Source: an uncultured Candidatus Binatia bacterium
GTDB lineage: Bacteria > Desulfobacterota > Binatia > UBA9968 > JAJDTQ01
Direction of reading: 5' to 3'
DNA length: 64,000 nt
NCBI GenBank assembly: GCA_965213675.1
Contig: OZ243916.1
Coordinates: 352,001-416,000 of the forward strand
Shown here one piece after another: positions 40,631-48,772 of the stretch. Made by a program: the position numbers and the translations under genes. Numbering within the stretch: the stretch's first letter is position 1; every line of letters starts with the position of its first letter. The notes beneath the pieces were generated by a model. It searched no databases and was not told where the DNA came from. It saw nothing but the letters and a program-made list of their open reading frames with translations.

Positions 40631-42025
40631 TCACCGCACCTCGGCAATCTTGTTGAAGCCGTCGTAGGCGGCGACCTTGTAGGCTTCGGCGAAGGTGGGG
40701 TAGTTGAAGACGTTGTCCCGGAAGTACTCGATGGTGCCGCCCAGGGCGATGACGGCGTGGCCGATGTGGATGATCTCGGTGGCCTCCTCGCCGATGGCGT
40801 GGACGCTCAGGAGCTTCAGGGTGTCGGGGTCGAAGATCAGTTTCAGCATGCCGGCGCGGTCGCCCACCATCTGCGCCTTGGCGACATCCTCGTAGAGGGC
40901 CTTGCCCACCTCGTAGGGCACGCGCTCGGCGGTGAGTTCCTGTTCGGTGCGGCCCACCATGGAGATCTCCGGGATGGTGTAGATGCCGTAAGGGAAGAAG
41001 GGCGCGGGCGCGAGGGACGGGCCGTCGAATATGTGGGTACTGGCGAGGCGGCCCTGCTCCATGGACGTGGAGGCCAGGGCCGGGAAGCCGATGCAGTCGC
41101 CCACGGCGTAGATGTGCGGTCGCGTGGTCTGGAAGTGTTCGTTGACGGCGATGCGGCCGCGCGCGTCAATGTCGATGCCGACGCGTTCGAGGCCGAGCTG
41201 GTCGGCGTTGGACTGCCGCCCCACGGTGTAGAGCAGGGACTCGCCGACCACCCGTTTGCCGCTCTCCATTTCCGCGCGCACCAAGCCATTCTCCTGAATG
41301 CGCACGCCGGTGACGTGTTCGCCCAGGCGGAAGATGGCGTCGCGCCGGCGCATGTGGTAGCGCAACGCCTCGATGATCTCCCGGTCGACAAAGTCGAGCA
41401 TGGTGTCGCGCCGTTCGATGAGCGTCACGCGCACGCCCACCGCCGACAGCATGGAGGCGTACTCCAGCCCGATGACGCCGGCGCCCACGACGATCATGCT
41501 GCGCGGCAAATCGCCGCGGCCTGCGCTGCCGAAGTCTTCCGCCACCATCACCTTGCGCCCGTCGTAGGGGATGTCCGGGTTGCGCGCGGAACGGGTGCCG
41601 CACGCGATGATGATGTGGTCGCCGCGCACCTGCTGCCCGTCCTCCACCTCCAGCGTATGGGCGTCCACGAAGCGAGCCCATCCGTTCATCAGGGTCACGC
41701 CGTTGCGCTGGAGCTGATCGGTCACCTGCGCCTGTTCCCGTTCCACCACCTTGCGTACCCGGAACATGAGGTCGTCCACGGTGACGTGCGCCTTGGGCGA
41801 GTAGGCCTGCCCGTAGAACGTCTTCTGCTGGAAACCCGTGAGGTACAGCACCGCCAGCCGCAGGGTCTTGCTGGGGATGGTGCCCGAGTGCACGCACACG
41901 CCGCCGAGCATGTCGTGGCGGTCGACGAGCGCCACTCGCTTGCCCATCTTGGCCGCGGCGATGGCGCCCTTCTGGCCGGCGGGGCCGCTGCCGATGACCA
42001 CGAGATCGTAGGTTTTATCGTCCAT
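40631..42025 (-). CDS. sthA: Soluble (Si-specific) NAD(P)+ transhydrogenase
   Basis: GSGPAGQ, GGVCVHSGTIPSKTLR (single Cys), GFPALASTSMEQGR, FNYPTFAEAYKVAA. Confidence 0.93.
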   Translation of the reverse strand: MDDKTYDLVVIGSGPAGQKGAIAAAKMGKRVALVDRHDMLGGVCVHSGTIPSKTLRLAVLYLTGFQQKTFYGQAYSPKAHVTVDDLMFRVRKVVEREQAQVTDQLQRNGVTLMNGWARFVDAHTLEVEDGQQVRGDHIIIACGTRSARNPDIPYDGRKVMVAEDFGSAGRGDLPRSMIVVGAGVIGLEYASMLSAVGVRVTLIERRDTMLDFVDREIIEALRYHMRRRDAIFRLGEHVTGVRIQENGLVRAEMESGKRVVGESLLYTVGRQSNADQLGLERVGIDIDARGRIAVNEHFQTTRPHIYAVGDCIGFPALASTSMEQGRLASTHIFDGPSLAPAPFFPYGIYTIPEISMVGRTEQELTAERVPYEVGKALYEDVAKAQMVGDRAGMLKLIFDPDTLKLLSVHAIGEEATEIIHIGHAVIALGGTIEYFRDNVFNYPTFAEAYKVAAYDGFNKIAEVR

Positions 42026-42110
42026 GGGTATCGTCATGCTGTCCGATGCGGGCCGAGGCGGAGGATGCTAGTGGGGCGCGGCGCCGGTTCCTGGACGGAT
42101 GGGCGCCTAC

Positions 42111-42465
42111 TCACAGTTTCTCATCGTCGGGCACCGTATCGGTCACGAGGTCGCGAATCAACGGACGCTTGGGCAACGGCTGCACCTGGGCTCCCTCGGG
42201 TGCGAGGCGCGCAGTGCACAGGTAGGCCACCTGTTCGTCCACCAGAGCCATGCAGGTCTTGCACGCGTTGGCGTTGACGCAGCCGTAGCGGAACGCGAGG
42301 CTCGAGTCCACATGGGCGCGCACCCACACTCAGTGCGTCGAGCACGGACATGCCTTCTTCGTAGGGTACCCGGTACACGTCGTAGCGGCCCTGGTCCGCG
42401 GCGCGCCCCCGCCACACGCGAAGCTCGGTCGTCGTCTGGCTGGTCCGCGGTGTCGTGTCGTTCAT
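42111..42465 (-). pseudogene. 2Fe-2S protein (SdhB/FrdB N-terminal-like) interrupted by a +1 frameshift at ~42330
   Basis: VPYEEGMSVLDAL in one frame continues as WVRAHVDSSLAFRYGC....CKTC in another; minus strand reads CTG-A-GTG-TGG. Confidence 0.75.
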
Positions 42466-42484
42466 GTTGACGTCAGTCCTCTCC

Positions 42485-42868
42485 GCCCATGGATTCCTGC
42501 TTTACAGGCTGGCCAAAACTCGCCGAGCCGAGCATGACGAATACCTTATTCACGCGGAAGCGGGAATCCAGGGACAGGGTGGGGTCAACTGGCATGTTCC
42601 CCATCTCCCCGCCCCTGGATTCCCGCTTCCGCGGGAATGACATTTCGGGGGGTGGCTGCCATTTACGGTTCGTCCGGTGTTTTGTCACTTTGTTTCCCCG
42701 GAAATCGCCCATGCAGGTGTGGATCTGACACACGATAGGACGAACCGCCCCCCTGGATGAGTCAACCGGCCCCCCGGATGAGTCATTCACGCGGAAGCGG
42801 GAATCCACCGGGTCCAACGAGCAGGCGGCGACGGATGCGGCAGTCATTCCCGCGCAAGCGGGAATCGA
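42485..42868. repeat. Cluster of GTCATTC(C/A)CGCG-n-GCGGGAATC REP-like palindromes with a nested ~80-bp inverted-repeat element (42666-42747)
   Basis: Copies at ~42547, 42616, 42782 and 42843; CGGTTCGTCC...TGTCA / TGACA...GGACGAACCG. Confidence 0.75.
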
Positions 42869-42878
42869 CCAACTACCA

Positions 42879-44576
42879 CTACCAGCGCGTCGCCAGTGCC
42901 TCACCGTCCATTTCGACGGCCTGGTTGCGGACGAGTCCCGGGTCGCTTTCGGGAAAGTCCAGGCGTTGGTGGGCGCCGCGGCTTTCGGAGCGTCCGAGGG
43001 CCGCCCGCGTGACCGCTTCGGCGGTGGTGAGCATGGCGCGCAATTCCAGTCGGTCCTGCAGATCGAGGTCGAAGCCCTGGGCTTCGTGCGCCGCCACCGG
43101 CGTTTCCCGGATCTCGCGGATGCCATCGAGCGCGCGGCGGAGTTGCTCGCCGGTTCGGAACGGTCCGACATCTTCCCACATGAGATCCTGGAGCCGCTGT
43201 TGCAGGACATTGGCGGGTACGCCGTCGTCCGCCCGTGCGTTCACGGCGTACCGGAGGCGCGCCATCGCGTCCTCGGCGGCGGCGCGGCTTCCGCTTGCGT
43301 GGCTCCCACCCGCAGAGCCATCGGCCGCGGCCTTGCCGGCCGCGCGCCCCGCGCATTCGCCGAAGACAAGCGCTTCGGTGATGGCGTTGCCCGACAGACG
43401 GTTGGCGCCGTTGGCGCCGCCCACGGCCTCGCCCGCGGCGTAGAGGCCGGGTACGCGGGTCTCCATGCGCTCGTCCACGCGGATGCCGCCCATATGGTAG
43501 TGCGCCGTGGGCGCCACCTCCACGGGCGTCTGCGTGAGGTCGATGCCGTTGGTCGCCAGCCGGTCGATCACCGGACCGAAGGAGTCCCGCAGCGTCTTCT
43601 CGGGCACGTGCCGGAAGTCCAGGTAGACGCCGCCGTGGGGCGAGCCGCGGCCGGCCTCCACCTCCTTCAGGATCGCGTAGGAGGCTTGGTCGCGCACGGT
43701 GGTGTACTTGCCGCTGTCCTGCCCGCCGTAACGGTGCATGAACTCCTCAAAGTCGCCGTTGAGGAGGCGGCCCCCCAGTTTGTAGCGGAAGGGGTCCCAC
43801 ATGATGGGGTCCATGCCTACCAGCCGCGGCGCCAAGTGCGCGATGGGAAAGAACTGCACGAATTCCATGTCGATGAGGTCGGCGCCGGCGCGCAACGCCA
43901 GCGCGTAGGCCTCGCCGCCCATGTTGGTGGAAGCGCTGTTGCGGCGATAGATCTTGGTGAGTCCGCCCGCCGCCAGGATCACCGCCTTGGCGGCGAAGGT
44001 GACCATGTCGCCGGACACCACGTCCAGGCCCACGGCACCAGCAGCGCGGCCGTCGCCTACGACGATGTCGTTGACGGTCACGTTGCTCACCCGGCGCACC
44101 GCGCCCAGGGTGCTCACCTGGCGCCGCAACGTTCCCGCGACCCCCGGCCCGGTGTTGAGGAAGTCCACATAGCAGCAGCGCGCCCGGCCGTGGCCCGGGG
44201 CCTGGACCTGGCGGATGCGCCCGCTCGGGCCGCGCGCCCAGTGGGCGCCCCAGCGGTCCATTTCGAAAATGCGGGCGGGGCCGTTCTCGCACAACAGGCG
44301 CGCCAGCTTCTCGTCGCACAACTCGCGTCCCGCCGCCAGGGTGTCGCCGAGATGGTCGCTCCAGTGGTCCCGCTCCTCGTGGCCAATGGCCGCGGCCACG
44401 GTCATCTGCGCCATGATGGTGGCGCCGCCGCGTCCCACCAGGGACTTGTCCAGCAGCAGCACGGACGCGCCTTCCCGCGCCGCGGCGATGGCCGCGTACA
44501 TGCCCGCCCCGCCCGCGCCCACCACGAGAACGTCCGTGGACAGATCGGCCGCCCGGCCCGTTCTAGTCACCGGCAT
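42879..44576 (-). CDS. SdhA/FrdA/NadB-family flavoprotein
   Basis: VVGAGGAG, DMEFVQF, PTAHYHMGG, GLYAAGEA.GG..GANRLSGN, RSESRGAHQR.DFP. Confidence 0.9.
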   Translation of the reverse strand: MPVTRTGRAADLSTDVLVVGAGGAGMYAAIAAAREGASVLLLDKSLVGRGGATIMAQMTVAAAIGHEERDHWSDHLGDTLAAGRELCDEKLARLLCENGPARIFEMDRWGAHWARGPSGRIRQVQAPGHGRARCCYVDFLNTGPGVAGTLRRQVSTLGAVRRVSNVTVNDIVVGDGRAAGAVGLDVVSGDMVTFAAKAVILAAGGLTKIYRRNSASTNMGGEAYALALRAGADLIDMEFVQFFPIAHLAPRLVGMDPIMWDPFRYKLGGRLLNGDFEEFMHRYGGQDSGKYTTVRDQASYAILKEVEAGRGSPHGGVYLDFRHVPEKTLRDSFGPVIDRLATNGIDLTQTPVEVAPTAHYHMGGIRVDERMETRVPGLYAAGEAVGGANGANRLSGNAITEALVFGECAGRAAGKAAADGSAGGSHASGSRAAAEDAMARLRYAVNARADDGVPANVLQQRLQDLMWEDVGPFRTGEQLRRALDGIREIRETPVAAHEAQGFDLDLQDRLELRAMLTTAEAVTRAALGRSESRGAHQRLDFPESDPGLVRNQAVEMDGEALATRW

Positions 44577-44839
44577 CCATCCGCTCCAACAGCCAGAGTC
44601 TCCTGCCCATACTGCGCGTGCTCCTTGCGGCTCATGGTTCGTGTCGAGAACACCCGGGTCCGCGTGGCTGATCCGGAACACCTGATGATTCATGTTCACG
44701 GATACGTGTCGCATCCGGATCCCTGTTACGATCTCAAGCAGTGTAAAGGTCAGGGGCGCAAGTTGACAACCTCCACAGAAATGAAGGAATGTACTGCCAT
44801 CCGCTTCAACACCACGCTTCAACATCACGGTGATTCTCC

Positions 44840-45973
44840 ATGGACAGACACGACAAGTTCAACGGAATTCTCGCGTCGCTCCACGAGGCCATGCTCGACG
44901 ACAGTCTGTGGCCGGCCGCGTCCGTGCTGATCGACGAGGCGGTGGATATCAACGGCAGCCATCTGGTGATCTCCGAAGGCTTGGAGTTCCATTACCAACA
45001 ACTGAGATATCGTGGTGAGGGCAGCGATGAGTTGGAGCGGTGGTTCCTGGAACATGCCATGCACGACGTGCGTATCCCGCGTATCTACGGGCTTCCACAC
45101 GGGCGCGTGGCCCATGTTCGCGAACTGTATACCGACGACGAGATCAAGACCTCCTACGGGTTCAACGAGGTTCTTGCCATGGGAGGCGCCCAGAATGGTC
45201 TGAACGTACGCATGGACGTCATGGGCGGCATGTCCGTCACGTGGGTGCTGACCGACCCGTCGGGTGATCGCGTTTCGTGGGATAGCGAGCAGCTTGCGTT
45301 GGTGGAGGGGCTCCTGCCGCACATCCGTCAGTTCGCGCGGGTGCGTCAAGTGCTCGCCAACGCCGAAGCCATGGGCGCGACCCTTGCCGGCCTCCTCGAT
45401 CAGACGGGCGTTGGTGTGCTGCACCTGGACCAGAAAGGGCGCATCGTCGAAAGCAACGCCCCCGCGGACGCCATCCTGGTTCAGGACGACGGATTGTGCG
45501 CCAAAGGCCGTCAGCTCACCGCTCGTCTGAAAGCCGACAACACGCGACTCGAGAAGTTGCTGGCCGCGGCCATTCCAGGACCTGGACCCGAAGGCGTCAG
45601 CGGCTCCATGATGATTCACCGCTGGCCGGTCGGGGGATATGCGCTGCACGTCTGCCCGGTGCACCGTCAGAACGCCGGCTCGGGCCTTGCATGGGTCGCG
45701 GCCGTTGTCTTCATCGTCGACCCCGCAGCGCAGCCGCGACTGGACCCCGAACGGGTCGCCACCGTTCTGGGCCTCACCCCCGCCGAAGGCCAGGTGGCCA
45801 CCGCCCTGGCCCAAGGCCTCTCCGTCCGCGACATCGCCGCCACCACCCACCGCAACGAAAGCACCGTCCGCTGGACCATCAAACGCATCCACGCCAAGCT
45901 CGAGGTCACGCGCCAGGCCGACCTCGTCAGGATGGTCCTGGCGGCAGCGGGCGGCGTGGCCGGCGGGGGGTGA
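44840..45973 (+). CDS. LuxR-type HTH regulator with N-terminal sensor and PAS-like domains
   Basis: C-terminal GLTPAEGQVATALAQG.S..DIA......STVRWTIKRIHAKL....QADLV. Confidence 0.88.
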   Translation: MDRHDKFNGILASLHEAMLDDSLWPAASVLIDEAVDINGSHLVISEGLEFHYQQLRYRGEGSDELERWFLEHAMHDVRIPRIYGLPHGRVAHVRELYTDDEIKTSYGFNEVLAMGGAQNGLNVRMDVMGGMSVTWVLTDPSGDRVSWDSEQLALVEGLLPHIRQFARVRQVLANAEAMGATLAGLLDQTGVGVLHLDQKGRIVESNAPADAILVQDDGLCAKGRQLTARLKADNTRLEKLLAAAIPGPGPEGVSGSMMIHRWPVGGYALHVCPVHRQNAGSGLAWVAAVVFIVDPAAQPRLDPERVATVLGLTPAEGQVATALAQGLSVRDIAATTHRNESTVRWTIKRIHAKLEVTRQADLVRMVLAAAGGVAGGG

Positions 45974-46219
45974 GCACCTCCGCGGCGAGTTCACACCAAG
46001 GTTGCAGAAGCTGGAAGCAAGGAGAGGCCGGGAGGGAGGTGGGCGTGTCTGCCCTTCGTCCTTCACTTTCCGCGAAGTCCCCAACCGCCGGGTTGTGATC
46101 GCCGCACGGTTCCTCCATTCCGTCCCCTGTTGTTGAGACCAGCGGGTTGTTCGCCGAAACGCGGCCTTCGACACTGATTCTGGTTCTGGCCACAACCAAA
46201 CCAATTGCCCATCAATAAA

Positions 46220-46239
46220 CCCTCAATTTTGAGGGCGAC
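46220..46239 (+). promoter_or_regulatory. Palindromic box CCCTCAA-TT-TTGAGGG+CGAC (copy 1)
   Basis: Perfect 7-bp arms; related box at 47052. Confidence 0.55.
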
Positions 46240-46353
46240 AAGAGATCATCAACGTCGTACTCAATACAACCAAGCCAATCGCACTCCGACCAAGGCGTGC
46301 AGTTCACGGCGCGGTAAGGTTCAATCGAGTACGGACACAACAGCAATTACGGA

Positions 46354-47088
46354 TTGAAGGAAGCGGTGGGCTCCATCTTGGCTGACATGATGGAGCACTC
46401 CAGCGTCGGTTTGATCTGTGTGAATCACGCGGGGCGGGTGGTGGCGACAAATGATCGCGCCGACTCAATCCTCAAACATGGTAATGTTTTCGAAGGCAAC
46501 GGCAGCGGGTTGTCTCTTTGCGTGAACGCCGAGAACGCCGAGTTGGAGCGAATCCTGAACGCTGCGGTTTCGGCACCCCCGAAGGAAGCAACTGATGGCT
46601 CCATGATGGTCGGTCGATGGGACTGCAAACGCTTTTCCATCCACGTTTGCCCTGTGACACTCCCGGCCGCGCCCGAAGCCGTCCCCTCCGACGACGCCAT
46701 CGCCGCAATCATTTTGGTAGTGGATCCAGCCAGGCATCTGACAATCGATCCCGAGCGGGTGTCCGCAGCCCTGGGCCTCACGCCCGCCGAAGGACGCGTG
46801 GCCGCGGCCTTGGCCGAGGGGAATTCGGTCCGCGAGATTGCGGCGGCCGCACAACGCGCGGAGAGCACCGTGCGGTGGACAGTAAAGAATATTCGCGCGA
46901 AGCTCGGTAGCTCCCGGCAAGCGGACATCATTCGAATGGTTCTGAGCGCCGTTGCGGTTGCCTTGCCGCTACCCATGCCGCGCACAACGGATGCCGACGC
47001 ATCTGCTCTGAGGGGTGTGCACGGTTCTGCCCCTCCCCCCCCCCCCCCCCCCCCCCTAAATTGGGGGCGACGCCAAACAGATCAATGA
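46354..47088 (+). CDS. Second LuxR-type regulator (PAS-like + HTH only); 3' end runs through a poly-C tract
   Basis: DPERV...LGLTPAEGRVAAALAEG...ESTVRWTVK, paralogous to 44840-45973; start uncertain. Confidence 0.78.
   Translation: MKEAVGSILADMMEHSSVGLICVNHAGRVVATNDRADSILKHGNVFEGNGSGLSLCVNAENAELERILNAAVSAPPKEATDGSMMVGRWDCKRFSIHVCPVTLPAAPEAVPSDDAIAAIILVVDPARHLTIDPERVSAALGLTPAEGRVAAALAEGNSVREIAAAAQRAESTVRWTVKNIRAKLGSSRQADIIRMVLSAVAVALPLPMPRTTDADASALRGVHGSAPPPPPPPPLNWGRRQTDQ
47035..47056 (+). repeat. 22-nt poly-C homopolymer
   Basis: Counted directly. Confidence 0.85.
47052..47071 (+). promoter_or_regulatory. Palindromic box CCCCC-TAAATT-GGGGG+CGAC (copy 2)
   Basis: Same 16-bp length and CGAC tail as the 46220 box. 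Confidence 0.5.
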
Positions 47089-47224
47089 GATAGAGAGGGT
47101 GTCTGTTGTTGGCGCCGAGCCCGATTCACTGCCTGAGCCAGCGGATCGAGCCAGCTTGAACCGGTTGCATGCGGCCCGCCCGCATAAGCTTGGCGACCAT
47201 AGTGGATTGCGAAGCGGCTGACCT

Positions 47225-47611
47225 ATGAAGTCCAAGACCATCAAAGCCATCATTGTTTCCGTCGCCTCCTTGATTGTCCTCGCATTGAGCGCACCTGCCT
47301 TGGGACACGACGACAAGCAGGCTCCCAAGCAGTCATCGGCGTCCTCGCCAGAAGTGGTAGGAGGGTTTGTCGGAAGTGTGACCGGCGCCACAGTCGCGGC
47401 GTGGGCCACCCTGGGAGCCAGTACGAAAACCGTGGTAGCCGGAGGACTCGCAGGTGGCAAGATCGGGGAGAAAGTCGGCGAACTCGTAGGGCGAGAAGCC
47501 GCGCGTGCGACGGGCCAGTTAGCCGAAAAGTTCAGCGAATCGTTCCCATCCACGGGGGAGGAGTTTTGCCGCGCTGTCGGCGGGCAAGCGGGCTGCGGAG
47601 GCGCCCAATGA
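47225..47611 (+). CDS. Predicted secreted glycine-zipper-like protein with a C-terminal Cys pair
   Basis: Sec signal MKSKTIK...APALG; GGFVGSVTG and AGGLAGGKIGEKVG (GxxxG repeats). Confidence 0.65.
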   Translation: MKSKTIKAIIVSVASLIVLALSAPALGHDDKQAPKQSSASSPEVVGGFVGSVTGATVAAWATLGASTKTVVAGGLAGGKIGEKVGELVGREAARATGQLAEKFSESFPSTGEEFCRAVGGQAGCGGAQ

Positions 47612-48122
47612 GTTCACGAAGTGGTAGGCGGTCTATGTCGACCCTTACCGATCAATTTGACCAAGAATTTAGCGCGGAAGTCACCCTGCGTCGGCGGAAG
47701 AGTTGGGTTCAGCCATACGGCGGCGCGCAACGACATCCAAAGATCCGGGTACGCCGTAACGGGACCCGAGACAAGCTCCGTCGGCCCTACGGCCGCCTCG
47801 GGGGTACATATCGCTCAGGCCGTTGTGGTTCGTCGGCTGTAGGACCCTCCCGCCCGGCGGGCGCTTGACAGAGCACAAAACCCGACCGAAGCAGGGTTGG
47901 GGAACAAGGAGGTCACTTGTGCAAACAATGTCACGGGCGAACGAGAAAATTGGAAGTATGCCCTGCGCCGTAATAGACCTCAATCTCCCCGGCCGTGTCC
48001 ACGCAACGTTGTTGCGAAAAGGCACACCACAACGATGCCCACAGTCACACCTTTGGAAGCCGAATATCGCGAGTCCACGCGTTGTCAATGGCAACCGAAA
48101 ACTGCACGGTTTCTTCGCGGCG

Positions 48123-48455
48123 ATGGTGTTCATGATTTTAGTTGTGGCAATGGTGGTTGCGTCGGGGTTTCCGCCGGTTCAGGCACAAGCCCTCATGGGC
48201 ACCGCGTCACAGGGCGACATCGACAGATCACGGGCGTGCTTCACCGCGCAGGAGAATGCGACGGATGCGGCAGCTCGGAACTGCCCCAAAACGTTCAATG
48301 TCGGGGGCTGCGTGTGTCTGGAGGACCTCAACGCCAGAGCGGGCGCGGACCGCTGGTCTTGCGACGTAGGCTGGTCCTGTACTTCGCGGACAACTACACA
48401 AGAAGCGCCCGAAAGCACTTCGGACGCCACCGTGGACACACCCGGTTCCCCCTGA
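48123..48455 (+). CDS. Predicted secreted small 6-Cys protein, paralog A (start uncertain)
   Basis: Hydrophobic signal ending VQA; 6 Cys; ungapped paralog at 52087-52398. Confidence 0.75.
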   Translation: MVFMILVVAMVVASGFPPVQAQALMGTASQGDIDRSRACFTAQENATDAAARNCPKTFNVGGCVCLEDLNARAGADRWSCDVGWSCTSRTTTQEAPESTSDATVDTPGSP

Positions 48456-48581
48456 AAACCGCACAATAAAAGTTGGCGACCGGAATTAGCCCACCGAACC
48501 GTGAGTAATAGAAAAGGAAAGCCGAACAATAAATATAACGAAGTTAATCACGCATGAACAGTTTTTGCGACAAGTACACTG

Positions 48582-48758
48582 GTGACACCTCGAGACCATC
48601 CATGGTTTGGTGGTCCTTGTACGGTGCTGTCAATGGCAGCGCCGGTCATAATTGTATTGATGCACATGAGTCAGGCAGCAGCGCAGGAATGCGAGGTCGA
48701 CAGCGGTCGCGTGACGAATGCTGCATCCCAGACATGTACAATGCCCACTTGGACGTAA
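48582..48758 (+). pseudogene. Short ORF (58 aa from GTG) resembling the signal peptide and N-terminus of the downstream Gly-rich protein
   Basis: AAAQECEVDSGRVTNAASQTCTM versus VAQLAECRVDKNKLVVTGQTACSI; below the ORF-track length cutoff. Confidence 0.5.
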
Positions 48759-48772
48759 GGGAGGACATCCTA

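Noticed and set aside
42320-42340. Programmed +1 frameshift in the 2Fe-2S gene
   Set aside because: No recognisable slippery site or zero-frame stop at the junction; a single-base insertion or sequencing error is simpler.
48554-48772. N-terminal extension of the 662-aa ORF from ATG 48554
   Set aside because: The RBS and signal peptide fit ATG 48773 better, and another frame here encodes the paralogous mini-ORF.
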